This document shows, piece after piece, positions 8,967 through 19,230 of a stretch of 36,962 bases of DNA; within the stretch, counting starts at the first letter, position 1, and the number at the start of each line of letters is the position of its first letter. The notes below the pieces were generated by a model. That model saw only the letters and a program-made list of their open reading frames with translations. It was not told the DNA's origin and ran no database searches. The DNA comes from Gammaproteobacteria bacterium (GTDB taxonomy: Bacteria; Pseudomonadota; Gammaproteobacteria; GCA-002705445; GCA-002716945): contig JBJKYD010000011.1 in the NCBI GenBank assembly GCA_045561295.1, positions 1 through 36,962 on the forward strand, read 5' to 3'. The translations under genes were made by a program, and so were the position numbers.

Positions 8967-9201
8967 ACGTAAAACCTCGTTGAACCTATTAAGTGGCTAT
9001 GATATAAACATAATCCCATATTTACAAGCAAGTTAATTAGTATATGAAATTTATTAACTATGGATTTCAAGGATAAGTTTGCGCACAAATTCATTAATAA
9101 TGGATATATTGGCAGATTACTAAACTTCAAATAGGTGTAAAACTATCTGAAAAGGATATTATAAGATATGAATAGCAGTTGAGATAAAGATAGGAGTAAT
9201 A

Positions 9202-10230
9202 ATGAAATATAATAAACTTGGAAATACAGAACTAGATGTAAGTTTACTCTGCCTTGGTACAATGACGTACGGTGAACAAAATAACGAAAAAGAAGCGCAT
9301 GAACAACTAGATTATGCAATTGCACAAGGAATTAATTTCATTGATACCGCTGAAATGTATGCGGTGCCACCACGAGAGAATACACAAGGTAAGACAGAGG
9401 AAATCATAGGCACATGGTTATCCAAAAGGAATAACAGAGAAAAAATTATTTTGGCCACTAAGGTAGCCGGACCAGGCATGGAGTATTTAAGAGGCGGATC
9501 TCATTTAAGTAAAAATCAAATATTTAAAGCTATAGATAGTTCGCTTGTAAGGTTAAAAACAGACTACATCGATTTATATCAAGTGCATTGGCCTGAAAGA
9601 AAATCAAATTTTTTTGGTAAGCTAGGTTATGAATATTCGCAAGATTTAGGAGTTTCGATTCAAGAAACTCTGGAAGCAATGTCAGCATTAGTGAAATTAG
9701 GAAAAGTAAAACATATTGGGATTTCAAATGAGACACCATGGGGTACTAATAAATACATACAGCTCGCAAAGGATATGGGCTTGGAGAAAGTTGTGAGTAT
9801 ACAAAATCCATATTCATTACTGAACAGAATTTATGAAGTAGGTTTGGCGGAGATTTCACAACATGAAGATATTGGCCTTTTAGCCTATTCTCCTCTGGGT
9901 TTTGGACAACTTACCGGGAAATACATAAACAAGACTGAAAAGAATACAAGGCTAGGCCTGTACGGGGATTGGTTCACAAGATTCAGTAACATAAGATGTT
10001 TGAATGCTGTAAAAGAGTATTCAAAAATTGCTAATAAACACAAAATTTCTTTGACACACTTAGCGTTGTCATTTGTAAATAATCAACCTTTTGTTACATC
10101 AAATATTATTGGAGCAACCACAATGGAACAATTAAAAGAAAATATTGAATCAATTAATATAAATCTCAGCAGTGAAATCTTGGAAGAGATAAATGAGGTT
10201 CATCTGAAACAACCAAACCCCGCTCCGTAG
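9202..10230 (+). CDS. tas: NADP(H)-dependent aldo-keto reductase, Tas-like
   Basis: LGTMTYG, FIDTAEMY, LATKV, DLYQVHWPER, SNETPWG, QNPYSLLNR and LAYSPL. AGGAG Shine-Dalgarno. Confidence 0.9.
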   Translation: MKYNKLGNTELDVSLLCLGTMTYGEQNNEKEAHEQLDYAIAQGINFIDTAEMYAVPPRENTQGKTEEIIGTWLSKRNNREKIILATKVAGPGMEYLRGGSHLSKNQIFKAIDSSLVRLKTDYIDLYQVHWPERKSNFFGKLGYEYSQDLGVSIQETLEAMSALVKLGKVKHIGISNETPWGTNKYIQLAKDMGLEKVVSIQNPYSLLNRIYEVGLAEISQHEDIGLLAYSPLGFGQLTGKYINKTEKNTRLGLYGDWFTRFSNIRCLNAVKEYSKIANKHKISLTHLALSFVNNQPFVTSNIIGATTMEQLKENIESININLSSEILEEINEVHLKQPNPAP

Positions 10231-10246
10231 AGAAAATACTTCATGC

Positions 10247-10930
10247 TTATGTAAAATGATTTTGTATTTTATTTTTTAATTTATCCAAATTACAATCATA
10301 CTCGAGAGATATTATACTTATGTCAATTATTCCCGGTTTTATGAGAAAAGAATTATTCCAGTATTTTCCAGCGTCATGATTAACAATATGGGATTTTATT
10401 TTAAAAAATTCTAATATTTTAAAAACTCCTCTTTTTATTTTTGCTTTTGTACCATACGGAGATCTTGTCCCTTCTGGAAAAATAATAATTGTTCTATTTT
10501 GTTTAATATGATCATCACATGAATTCATAATTTTTTTTAGTGATGAAGGTCCATCAGATCTATCAATTGAGATATGCTTTAATAGATAAAGGCACCATCC
10601 AAATAGTGGAATAATTAATAGTTGTTTTTTTAATATAAAAATAGGATAGTCAACATAGGCAGTAAAAAATAAAGTTTCCCAAGTTGATTGATGCCTGGAT
10701 ATGATTATTTTGGATGTGGAAATTTCATGATTTCGAAAGTTATATGACAATGAACAAACAACCTTTAAAAAAAATAAATTATATCTACACCATTGTTTAC
10801 TTAAGTGCAGACATAAATCATAAGATACAATTCCAACTATAAAAGTAATGGGTCCAAAAATAAGGACTGAAAGAATAATATTTATCCAGAATAATGTGGA
10901 TTTAAATATTAAGAATATATTGCTTATCAT
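10247..10930 (-). CDS. plsC: 1-acyl-sn-glycerol-3-phosphate acyltransferase (PlsC family)
   Basis: HQSTWET, KKQLLIIPLFGW, IDR and FPEGTR motifs, downstream of gmhB as is typical in Gammaproteobacteria. Confidence 0.88.
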   Translation of the reverse strand: MISNIFLIFKSTLFWINIILSVLIFGPITFIVGIVSYDLCLHLSKQWCRYNLFFLKVVCSLSYNFRNHEISTSKIIISRHQSTWETLFFTAYVDYPIFILKKQLLIIPLFGWCLYLLKHISIDRSDGPSSLKKIMNSCDDHIKQNRTIIIFPEGTRSPYGTKAKIKRGVFKILEFFKIKSHIVNHDAGKYWNNSFLIKPGIIDISIISLEYDCNLDKLKNKIQNHFT

Positions 10931-11462
10931 AATCAATCACATATTTAGCTGCATCAAATAAATCATCAAATAATTTTATTTCAGGCATTTGATTTTTTAT
11001 TTCGCTACCATTTCCCGTCATAACCCCTAACGGTTTACATCCGGATGATAGTGCAGCAATCATGTCCCTAGGTGAATCGCCAATAGCAAAGATATTAGAT
11101 AGGTCAATGCCTAATCTATCTGCTATATCAAGATACATGCCTGGCTGAGGTTTCCTATTTAGTGATTTAGAATTTGGACGATCATAACAGTAATGAGATG
11201 AAAATATCTTACCTCCTTGATCTATACAACTAGCAATAAGTTTATTATGTATATTAAGGAGGTCTTTATAATTAATGATTCCTCTACTTACACCAGACTG
11301 GTTTGACACCAATAATATTCGATATGAATGTTTTGTTAATAAACCTATGGCCTCTAAGCTTCTATTTATGGGTATCCATTTATCAGGAGTAGTTATGTAA
11401 GATGGCGAATCATGATTTATCACACCATCTCTATCTAAGATAATATATTTATGATTTAACAT
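10902..11462 (-). CDS. gmhB: D,D-heptose 1,7-bisphosphate phosphatase (HAD family)
   Basis: [21 protein letters not shown] and IGDSPRD motifs. Confidence 0.88.
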   Translation of the reverse strand: MLNHKYIILDRDGVINHDSPSYITTPDKWIPINRSLEAIGLLTKHSYRILLVSNQSGVSRGIINYKDLLNIHNKLIASCIDQGGKIFSSHYCYDRPNSKSLNRKPQPGMYLDIADRLGIDLSNIFAIGDSPRDMIAALSSGCKPLGVMTGNGSEIKNQMPEIKLFDDLFDAAKYVIDYDKQYILNI

Positions 11463-12804
11463 CAGAAAAGAAATCTATAAAATATTTATTTACTTCATCA
11501 AGACCTATAGTTTTTTGATCCATTGTATCACGATCACGAATTGTAACAGTTTTGTTTTCGAGAGTATCAAAGTCTACAGTAATACAAAGTGGTGTTCCTA
11601 TTTCATCATGTTTACGGTAACTTTTTCCAATATTGCCAGTATTCTCAACTACAACTCTGCCGATTTGATATTGTTGTAGTGACGATTTGATGGAGTGTGT
11701 AAGTTTTACAAGATCATCATTGTTTCTTTTTAGTGGTATAACAGCAGCTTTGATAGGTGCTAAATGCTTTTTTAATTTTAGGACAATACGCTCTTTATCA
11801 TTATCTAATTTTTCAACCGTATAAGCTTCATTAATTACTGCCAATACCCCTCTATCAACACCAGCTGACGGTTCAATAACATAGGGTATTATCCAGTTGT
11901 TATCATCATCTTGGATAGCTAATCTAGTATTAGAATCATTGTTGTTTATTACATTCGCAGTAATATTCAAATCATGCTGGTTCTTTGTATGTGAGCCAAG
12001 ATCAAAATCTGTTCTATTCGCAATACCCTCTAGTTCCTCTTCACCATGGGGGAATTTGTACATTATATCAACTGTAGATTTAGAATAATGAGCTAAATCA
12101 TCTCCGGTTACAGTAAGAAGATTCAGCTTCTCATTAGGTATGCCTTGATCAATCCACCAATTGATTCTATTTTCTATCCACTTCTTATGCCAGTCCTCAT
12201 CATCTCCGGGTGATACAAAAAACTCTAATTCCATTTGTTCAAATTCCCGTACCCTAAATATAAAGTTCCTAGGAGTAATTTCGTTCCTAAAAGATTTTCC
12301 GATCTGTGCAATTCCAAAAGGTAGTGATCTGGATGTTGAATCAAGTACATTTTTAAAGTTTATGTATATTTGTTGTGCAGTTTCAGGTCTCAAGTAAGCA
12401 ATTGATGAATCGTCGCTTACTGGGCCTACGTTTGTCTTAAACATTAGATTAAAGTCTCTTGGTTCAGTTAATTCCTCACCTTTGCATTGTTCAGGAATTT
12501 GATCTTCTCTAAATCTCAGACCACAGCTTTTACAATCCACAAGGGGGTCAGTAAAAGTATCCTCATGACCAGAGTATTTGAGTACGCTCGGATGTGTAAG
12601 TATTGATGTATCAAGACCTTCAACATCATCTCTGTTATATACAATAGATTTCCACCATGCTGATTTAAGATTATTTTTAAGCTCTACACCAAGCGGCCCA
12701 TAGTCATAAAGTCCCTGCAAGCCACCATAAATTTCGTTAGACTGAAATATAAAACCTCTTCTTTTACAAAGAGAAACAATTTCTTCCATGGTATATTGTG
12801 TCAA
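11449..12804 (-). CDS. glyQS: Glycine--tRNA ligase, homodimeric alpha2 (eukaryote/archaea-like) type
   Basis: [69 protein letters not shown] and a C-terminal anticodon-binding domain ([15 protein letters not shown]). TTG start with AGGA upstream. Confidence 0.95.
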   Translation of the reverse strand: MTQYTMEEIVSLCKRRGFIFQSNEIYGGLQGLYDYGPLGVELKNNLKSAWWKSIVYNRDDVEGLDTSILTHPSVLKYSGHEDTFTDPLVDCKSCGLRFREDQIPEQCKGEELTEPRDFNLMFKTNVGPVSDDSSIAYLRPETAQQIYINFKNVLDSTSRSLPFGIAQIGKSFRNEITPRNFIFRVREFEQMELEFFVSPGDDEDWHKKWIENRINWWIDQGIPNEKLNLLTVTGDDLAHYSKSTVDIMYKFPHGEEELEGIANRTDFDLGSHTKNQHDLNITANVINNNDSNTRLAIQDDDNNWIIPYVIEPSAGVDRGVLAVINEAYTVEKLDNDKERIVLKLKKHLAPIKAAVIPLKRNNDDLVKLTHSIKSSLQQYQIGRVVVENTGNIGKSYRKHDEIGTPLCITVDFDTLENKTVTIRDRDTMDQKTIGLDEVNKYFIDFFSDVKS

Positions 12805-12875
12805 ATTAGCTCCTAATGAATACTGAAATTATACTTGTATAACCCGATATCACATATATTTTTTATTGAATATTT

Positions 12876-12946
12876 TGCACAATAATAATGCATTAATTAT
12901 GTGCATATGCATTTATTTAATACATATTATGCCTATTTATAGTGCA
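12876..12946. promoter_or_regulatory. Cluster of NtrC-binding-site-like 17-mers (glnA enhancer)
   Basis: TGCACAATAATAATGCA (12876-12892), TGCATTAATTATGTGCA (12889-12905), TGCATTTATTTAATACA (12908-12924) and TGCCTATTTATAGTGCA (12930-12946), compared with consensus TGCACCA-N3-TGGTGCA. Confidence 0.7.
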
Positions 12947-12994
12947 TTATGAGGTATAATTATATATAATTGATGTTTTAGCTAGTAGTATAGG

Positions 12995-13010
12995 TGGCAT
13001 GATTAATGCA
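12995..13010 (+). promoter_or_regulatory. Sigma54 (-24/-12) promoter of glnA
   Basis: TGGCATGATTAATGCA matches TGGCACG-N4-TTGCW with exact GG-N10-GC spacing, about 40 nt upstream of the glnA ATG. Confidence 0.8.
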
Positions 13011-13051
13011 TGCATATTAATGCGAATAAAATAACACTAGTGAGGAATAAA

Positions 13052-14464
13052 ATGAGCGCAAATGATATAAAGAAACTAGTTGATGAAAAAGAGGCTAAAT
13101 TCATTGACTACAGATTTACTAATACACTTGGTAAAGAACAGCACGTAACGGTCACAGCTTCAGACGATGGTATTGCAACAGATTGTGAAGAAGGAAAAAT
13201 GTTTGATGGGTCATCCATAGCTGGATGGAAAGATATCAATGAATCAGACATGATTTTAATGCCTGATACATCTACAGCATTCGCTGACCCATTCTTTGAC
13301 GAGCCTACTATTAACGTCACATGTGATGTGATAGAGCCAGTAGATGGATCTAGTTATGAAAAAGATCCTAGGGGTATTGCAAAAAGAGCTGAGAAGTTTT
13401 TAACGGATTCTGGGATTGCGGATACAGCCTTTTTTGGACCAGAAAATGAATTTTTTGTTTTTGATGATGTCAAATTTGAAGATAAACTGGGTAGCTGTTT
13501 TTTCAAAGTTGACTCAACAGAAGCATGTTGGAACAGTGGTAAAGATTATGAAGATGGCAACATGGGTCATCGACCTCTAGTAAAAGGTGGTTATTTTCCA
13601 GTCCCTCCAGTTGATGCGCTCCAAGATTGTAGGTCTGCAATGATTACTACTCTTCATGAGGTCGGTGTCCAGTGTGAGGTTCATCACCATGAGGTAGCTA
13701 CTGCAGGACAATGTGAAATTGGCACACTATTCAATACACTTGTTAAAAAGGCAGATGAAGTTCAAAAGTATAAATACGTTGTACAGAACGTTGCTCATGC
13801 TTTTGGAAAAACGGCTACTTTTATGCCAAAACCAGTAGTTGGTGATAATGGGACAGGAATGCATGTCCATCAGTCACTTTCAAAAGATGGTAAAAATATC
13901 TTTGCTGGAGATATGTATGGGCATATGTCACAAGAAGCATTATGGTATATTGGCGGAATAATCAAACATGCCAGAGCACTAAATGCATTCACAAATGCGT
14001 CTACAAACAGTTACAAACGTTTAATCCCTGGATTTGAAGCCCCTGTAATCCTCACTTACTCGGCTAGAAACAGATCAGCTTCTATAAGAATTCCATATGT
14101 TATGTCTGATAAGGCAAGGCGTATTGAGGTTAGATTCCCTGATTCAACAGCTAACCCATATTTAGCGTTCTCAGCGATGATGATGGCTGGGCTCGACGGT
14201 ATTAAAAATAAAGTTGACCCAGGCCCTGCGATGGATAAAGATTTATTTGCTATATCAAGGGAAGAGGAAGCTCTTCTTCCAACTGTAGCACCAGGTCTTG
14301 ATATTGCACTGGATGCTTTAGATAAAGATAGGGAATTTTTAAATGCAGGTGATGTATTTACAAATACAATGATTGACTCATACATCGATTTAAAAATGGA
14401 TGAAGTACAAAGATTAAGACAGTCTACTCATCCATGTGAATTTGAGATGTACTATAGCTTATAA
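13052..14464 (+). CDS. glnA: Glutamine synthetase type I (GSI-beta)
   Basis: [64 protein letters not shown] and [14 protein letters not shown] precedes ATG 13052, so the 13010 start is probably too long. Confidence 0.97.
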   Translation: MSANDIKKLVDEKEAKFIDYRFTNTLGKEQHVTVTASDDGIATDCEEGKMFDGSSIAGWKDINESDMILMPDTSTAFADPFFDEPTINVTCDVIEPVDGSSYEKDPRGIAKRAEKFLTDSGIADTAFFGPENEFFVFDDVKFEDKLGSCFFKVDSTEACWNSGKDYEDGNMGHRPLVKGGYFPVPPVDALQDCRSAMITTLHEVGVQCEVHHHEVATAGQCEIGTLFNTLVKKADEVQKYKYVVQNVAHAFGKTATFMPKPVVGDNGTGMHVHQSLSKDGKNIFAGDMYGHMSQEALWYIGGIIKHARALNAFTNASTNSYKRLIPGFEAPVILTYSARNRSASIRIPYVMSDKARRIEVRFPDSTANPYLAFSAMMMAGLDGIKNKVDPGPAMDKDLFAISREEEALLPTVAPGLDIALDALDKDREFLNAGDVFTNTMIDSYIDLKMDEVQRLRQSTHPCEFEMYYSL

Positions 14465-14474
14465 CGCTTAATCA

Positions 14475-14498
14475 CATACCGCCTGAAAGGGCGGTATG
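14475..14498 (+). terminator. GC-rich stem-loop between glnA and ntrB (partial terminator or mRNA stabiliser)
   Basis: CATACCGCCT-GAAA-GGGCGGTATG, with a GNRA tetraloop and no clear U-tract. Confidence 0.6.
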
Positions 14499-14505
14499 GA
14501 ATATA

Positions 14506-15588
14506 ATGGAACTACAAAGCAAAATTTCTTTAGAGCCTAAATTACTTCTAGACATTATAGAAAATATGTCCACAGCAGTAGTTGCAATCAATAGTGATAA
14601 CACATATTTTTTTATCAATATTGCAGGCTTGAATATGCTAGGTATCAGTAATAATTTTCCAGATATAAAAACCTTAAAGTCATCTGTTGGTCACCAGTCT
14701 TTAGATACACACATCCAGAATGTTTGTGATAACAATCACTCAAAGATGATTAGGGATTACAAATTCAAAAATTTTGAAGGAGATGAAAAAATCGTGGATT
14801 GTAATATATCTCAAGCGATTATTGATAACGCCAAGATCACTCTTATTGAATTCTCAGAAACTGGGAGGTTACATAGTATCTCCCTTGAGCAAAATCTGAT
14901 TGAACAAGAAAGAGCTGTAAGAGAAATGATAAAAGGGCTGTCTCATGAAATTAAGAATCCTTTGGGTGGCATTTTAGGAGCAGCACAAATACTAGAGAAA
15001 TCCTTAGATAATAAATATACAAAATTTACAGATATTATTAAAAAAGAGACTGACAGACTGGTAAATTTATTAAATGACATGGCCTTGCCTGTTACTGAAA
15101 TAGAAAAAAAGAATATCAATCTTCATGAGACGACAGAGCATGTTATAGACCTATTTAAATTTGACTTAAAAAACAAAGAAGTTGTTTTTGAAAAAGATTA
15201 TGATCCCAGTATCCCCGATGTAAATACAAATAAAGAACAATTAATTCAAGCTCTGATTAACCTCGTTAGGAACTCAATTCAAGCGCTTAATTATAAAGGT
15301 ATCATTATTATAAAAACGAGATCTGAACCAAGCTACACAATAGGTAATAAAAAATATCAACTAGTAGCGAAAATTGATGTCATTGACAACGGTCCAGGCA
15401 TCCCTGAGGAAAAACTCAAAGAAATATTTTATCCAATGGTAACTACAAAAAATGATGGGATGGGCCTAGGACTCACCATTGCACAGTCGATAGTTTTACA
15501 AAATTCAGGTCTTATAGAATGTTCAAGCAAACACCGTCAAACAAAATTTACAATCGTGCTTCCAATTAAAGGTTATGATTATGACTAA
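14506..15588 (+). CDS. ntrB: Nitrogen regulation sensor histidine kinase NtrB
   Basis: PAS-like N-terminus, H-box LSHEIKNPLGGI, DYDPSIP, NLVRNS, DNGPGIP, FYPMVT and GMGLGL. Lies between glnA and ntrC. Confidence 0.93.
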   Translation: MELQSKISLEPKLLLDIIENMSTAVVAINSDNTYFFINIAGLNMLGISNNFPDIKTLKSSVGHQSLDTHIQNVCDNNHSKMIRDYKFKNFEGDEKIVDCNISQAIIDNAKITLIEFSETGRLHSISLEQNLIEQERAVREMIKGLSHEIKNPLGGILGAAQILEKSLDNKYTKFTDIIKKETDRLVNLLNDMALPVTEIEKKNINLHETTEHVIDLFKFDLKNKEVVFEKDYDPSIPDVNTNKEQLIQALINLVRNSIQALNYKGIIIIKTRSEPSYTIGNKKYQLVAKIDVIDNGPGIPEEKLKEIFYPMVTTKNDGMGLGLTIAQSIVLQNSGLIECSSKHRQTKFTIVLPIKGYDYD

Positions 15589-16978
15589 TGTTTGGATCAT
15601 TGATGATGAAGAGAGCATAAGGACAATTTGTACAAGTGCACTCGAAGATTTATTTAATGTTGAATCATTTTCTAGTGCGTCAGAAGCCTTGTTGGCGCTG
15701 AACTCAGATAAACCTGATCTTATTATCACTGACATCAAGATGCCAGGGATGTCTGGTTTAGAGTTCTTGAATAAAGTCTCAGAGAAATTTCCTGATCTTC
15801 CCACTATAATAATTACTGCACATGCAAATATTGATAATGCGCTATCAGCATATAAAGGCGGTGCTTTCGAGTACCTTACAAAGCCATTTGATATAAATGA
15901 AATTAGAAAGATAGCCATAAAGGCCACTAAGTCTAATAAACCTCAGCAAAACGATGCTGTACAAGAATCGAATAGTGAAATCGTAGGAAAAGCTGAATCT
16001 ATGCAAGAAGTATTTAAGGCAATTGGCAAAATATCCAAAACAGACATTACTGTCTTAATACGAGGTGAATCAGGTACAGGAAAAGAATTAATTGCTCAGT
16101 CTGTTCATGAAAATAGTTCAAGATCTAATGAACCTTTCATTGCAATTAATGTAGCGGCGATACCTCATGAGCTCTTAGAAAGTGAATTATTTGGACATGA
16201 AAAAGGTTCATTCACAGGAGCACAGACACAAAGAATAGGGAGGTTCGAGCAAGCTTTAGGGGGTACATTATTTCTTGATGAAATAGGTGATATGCATCCT
16301 GAGTTACAGACACGACTTTTAAGAGTTCTGTCAAGTCATGAATTTTACAGGGTAGGTGGGCAAAAACCTATTAAATCAGATGTAAGAATTATTGCTGCAA
16401 CTAATCAAAACATAGAAAAGCTCATAAATACTGGTAAATTTAGAGAGGATTTATATCATCGTTTAAATGTATTTAGAATTGAACTGCCTCCGTTAAGAAA
16501 AAGAAAAGAGGATATTCCTTCATTAGTTAAATATTTCCTAAAGAAAAGTGCTAATGAAATTAAGAGTGATCAAAAAGGAATTGAAGAACCTGCAATGAAA
16601 GTACTAAATGAATATGACTGGCCAGGCAATATTAGACAACTTGAAAATACATGTCGCTACATTACTGTTATGGCGCCATCTACAAGTGTTACTGTTGACG
16701 ACATACCTGACGAAGTGAAAAATATTGATATTAGTCTAAAAAGTTCACCTATGGTTAATGGTGCAGATGCACATATTGATTGGGAGGAGACATTATCTGG
16801 TCATATTAGAAGCGTGTTACAAGACAAGAATGACCTTACCAGACTATCTAGAGACTTAGAGAAGATTCTCCTTCAAGAAGCATTAAAAGCAAGCAAAGGC
16901 AGAAGAATTGACGCGGCAAAAATTCTTGGTCTTGGAAGAAACACAATCACAAGAAAGATAAAAGATTTAGGCTTGTAA
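15581..16978 (+). CDS. ntrC: Nitrogen regulation response regulator NtrC (sigma54 activator)
   Basis: Receiver domain ([17 protein letters not shown]), AAA+ domain ([41 protein letters not shown]) and NtrC-type [20 protein letters not shown]. Confidence 0.95.
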   Translation: MTNVWIIDDEESIRTICTSALEDLFNVESFSSASEALLALNSDKPDLIITDIKMPGMSGLEFLNKVSEKFPDLPTIIITAHANIDNALSAYKGGAFEYLTKPFDINEIRKIAIKATKSNKPQQNDAVQESNSEIVGKAESMQEVFKAIGKISKTDITVLIRGESGTGKELIAQSVHENSSRSNEPFIAINVAAIPHELLESELFGHEKGSFTGAQTQRIGRFEQALGGTLFLDEIGDMHPELQTRLLRVLSSHEFYRVGGQKPIKSDVRIIAATNQNIEKLINTGKFREDLYHRLNVFRIELPPLRKRKEDIPSLVKYFLKKSANEIKSDQKGIEEPAMKVLNEYDWPGNIRQLENTCRYITVMAPSTSVTVDDIPDEVKNIDISLKSSPMVNGADAHIDWEETLSGHIRSVLQDKNDLTRLSRDLEKILLQEALKASKGRRIDAAKILGLGRNTITRKIKDLGL

Positions 16979-17962
16979 AAAATCTTTAAGCATTTTCTCA
17001 CGTTGTACATTGTGAGATTTAATAATGCGATAGAGCAACATTGTTAATTCACCATGAGTTGATTGATTTTTTTCTACTAGAGCAAGACAACATTCATAAC
17101 CTTCAACTGTTCCGACAGTGTTCTTTGCCTCGTCAATGCTCATATTTGGGTCAGCTATTAATTTCCCGAACTGATAATTTCTAGATTGGGCTTGTTTACA
17201 AGTTAAAATCATATCTCCTATGCATCCAGGTGATGTAATGATAGAGTCTCTGTCTCTGTTTAGATTATCAAGTGATTTGCCATTATTATTTAATAACTCT
17301 TCTGCTCTTTGCCAAGTCTCCTGACAGGCTTTTTTAATTATCATATTTGAATGTATTCCTTTTTTAAAATATTTATCAGCCATACCGCATAAAATAGCAG
17401 CGATATTTTTAATAATCCCAGCTATCTCAATATGGTTAATATATTTTGTTGGTACCATTTGGAAATATGGGCTCTTTGTAGCTTCAACTATTGTCTTGGA
17501 TAGCTCATTATCTAAAGTTGCAAAAGATACACTAATTTTTTTTTCACTACATAAATCTTTTGCAAAGGATGGTCCTGATATAAGGCCATACTTTGTTATA
17601 TTACTAAACATATCACTTACATAATCACTAAAATATCTGCCACTATGATGATCAAGGCCCTTTGTCAGTGAAATTAACTCTGTTAAAGTACTGAAGTAGC
17701 TTTCATGATTATCTAAAAGATTACTAAAGCCTTTACTGTTGACTGCAATGATATTAATTATATTTTTTGATTTATAGTCATTGAGAGTGCTTAAAGACTT
17801 TACGTGTTCAGACATTTTAGTTAAATCTAATCCTTCTATGTCCTTATCGCATATATTAGTGTCTCTACAAAAAATTTCTACATTATGACCGAGTTTTAAT
17901 AAATAATCAGAAAAAGCCAGTCCCCAAACACCAGCGCCTAGTACTCTAAAATTTAATAACAT
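16967..17962 (-). CDS. gpsA: NAD(P)H-dependent glycerol-3-phosphate dehydrogenase
   Basis: GAGVWG, TKGL, SGPSFA, GIIKNIAAI, GDMILTC, SRN and VEG motifs. TAATG-coupled to secB. Confidence 0.9.
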   Translation of the reverse strand: MLLNFRVLGAGVWGLAFSDYLLKLGHNVEIFCRDTNICDKDIEGLDLTKMSEHVKSLSTLNDYKSKNIINIIAVNSKGFSNLLDNHESYFSTLTELISLTKGLDHHSGRYFSDYVSDMFSNITKYGLISGPSFAKDLCSEKKISVSFATLDNELSKTIVEATKSPYFQMVPTKYINHIEIAGIIKNIAAILCGMADKYFKKGIHSNMIIKKACQETWQRAEELLNNNGKSLDNLNRDRDSIITSPGCIGDMILTCKQAQSRNYQFGKLIADPNMSIDEAKNTVGTVEGYECCLALVEKNQSTHGELTMLLYRIIKSHNVQREKMLKDFLQA

Positions 17963-18399
17963 TAATTTTCTTTTCTTTTATCTAATTCATTTTGATAAAT
18001 TGTATGGAAATCTATTGGAGATAGAAATAGTGGTGGGAAACCACCTTTTTGTATTATGTTAGAAATATTTTCTCTTGCATAAGGATATACAATTTCAGCG
18101 CAGTGTACGTTTAAAAATCTTTTTTTAATTTCTTCATCGTCAATCGTGATTGTAAAGACCCCACATTGTTTTAATTCTACTAAATACAAAGTTTGACTTT
18201 CAACTTCAGCTTTTACATTAAAGGTTAATGTTAATTCATGCGTATCATCTCCAATATTGGAGATATTTGACTCAAAGTTAAAACCAACCTTGGGAGACGA
18301 TGACATGTTAGTGAATATATCAGGCGTCATTGGTGACTCAAATGATAAATCTTTTAAATAGATTCTTTGTATATTAAATTGAACTTTGTTATCTGTCAT
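17962..18399 (-). CDS. secB: Protein-export chaperone SecB
   Basis: IQRIYLKDLSFESP, YPYARENIS and GGFPPLFLSPIDF. Confidence 0.95.
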   Translation of the reverse strand: MTDNKVQFNIQRIYLKDLSFESPMTPDIFTNMSSSPKVGFNFESNISNIGDDTHELTLTFNVKAEVESQTLYLVELKQCGVFTITIDDEEIKKRFLNVHCAEIVYPYARENISNIIQKGGFPPLFLSPIDFHTIYQNELDKRKEN

Positions 18400-18803
18400 G
18401 TCTTCTCCACTAATGGAAGATTATTTTCAATCCAAGATTGAATCCCCCCTTCTAAGTATATAACTTTTGTTTCACTATTCTTTGATATTTTTTCTGCACT
18501 ACTGGCACTAGTCATTTCATCTTTGTCATAAACAACCACTTCTGTATATTCTAGTTTTTTATTTAGGGACATCTCATAGTTAGTAGCATTGGAAATATGT
18601 CCTTTTGTAAAGTCAGACTTTTCCCTAGTATCTAATATTATTATATTATCTTCATTTATTTTTTGTACAAGATCATTACAATTAATTGATTTATATTTCT
18701 TAGTAAGATTCTTGATTTCAAAAGAAATGATTAAATAAATAAAAATAAATAAAGCTACAGATAAGACTGGGTGATTTGAAATAAATTCCATTGAGTTACC
18801 CAT
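18396..18803 (-). CDS. Membrane-anchored rhodanese-like protein (YibN-like, Asp in place of the catalytic Cys)
   Basis: N-terminal TM helix, LDTRE..F..GHI..A and LEGGIQSW...LP, active-site loop VVYDKD. Upstream of secB. Confidence 0.82.
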   Translation of the reverse strand: MGNSMEFISNHPVLSVALFIFIYLIISFEIKNLTKKYKSINCNDLVQKINEDNIIILDTREKSDFTKGHISNATNYEMSLNKKLEYTEVVVYDKDEMTSASSAEKISKNSETKVIYLEGGIQSWIENNLPLVEKT

Positions 18804-18811
18804 TGAATGGG

Positions 18812-19153
18812 TTAAGTATGCTTAGAACAGAAAACTTCTCTCATCATATCTATCAGTTTTAGAGTTTTAAAATCAGTTACCTTATAAAAAACCTTATTAG
18901 CATCTTTTCTTGCTGATAAAATTCCTTTGTCTCTAAGAATAGCTAAATGTTGTGAAATATTACTTTGTGAAGTTCCTACATTATCAACTATATCTTGAAC
19001 GCTAAATTCATCTTCACCAAGTTTGCAAAGAATCATTAGTCTGAGAGGGTGAGACATTGCTTTTAATGAACGAGATGCAGTTTCTACATCTTTCTGCTGA
19101 TCTACAGAAGAATAATCGATTTGTTCTTCAGTATGTATTTGCTCGTTTTCCAT
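18812..19153 (-). CDS. ArsR/SmtB family transcriptional regulator (BigR/SqrR-like)
   Basis: LKAMSHPLRLMILC, SQSNISQHLAILR and a C-terminal VFC. Confidence 0.88.
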   Translation of the reverse strand: MENEQIHTEEQIDYSSVDQQKDVETASRSLKAMSHPLRLMILCKLGEDEFSVQDIVDNVGTSQSNISQHLAILRDKGILSARKDANKVFYKVTDFKTLKLIDMMREVFCSKHT

Positions 19154-19230
19154 AGTATTATTATATACCTATATTAGCCGAAACTAATAATAAATCTAGC
19201 AATAAAGTGTTATTATTATCCGTAATTAAT

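Noticed and set aside
9009-9134. Small ORFs in the sulP-tas spacer (plus 9060-9134; minus in-frame ATG 9011 followed by TAG)
   Set aside because: No SD or distinctive composition, and nothing supports stop-codon read-through into sulP.
13010-13051. Longer N-termini in the ORF track for glnA (also 21358, 22495 and 32163 starts)
   Set aside because: The extensions overlap promoter elements or neighbouring genes, and SD sites or family N-termini point to the downstream ATGs.
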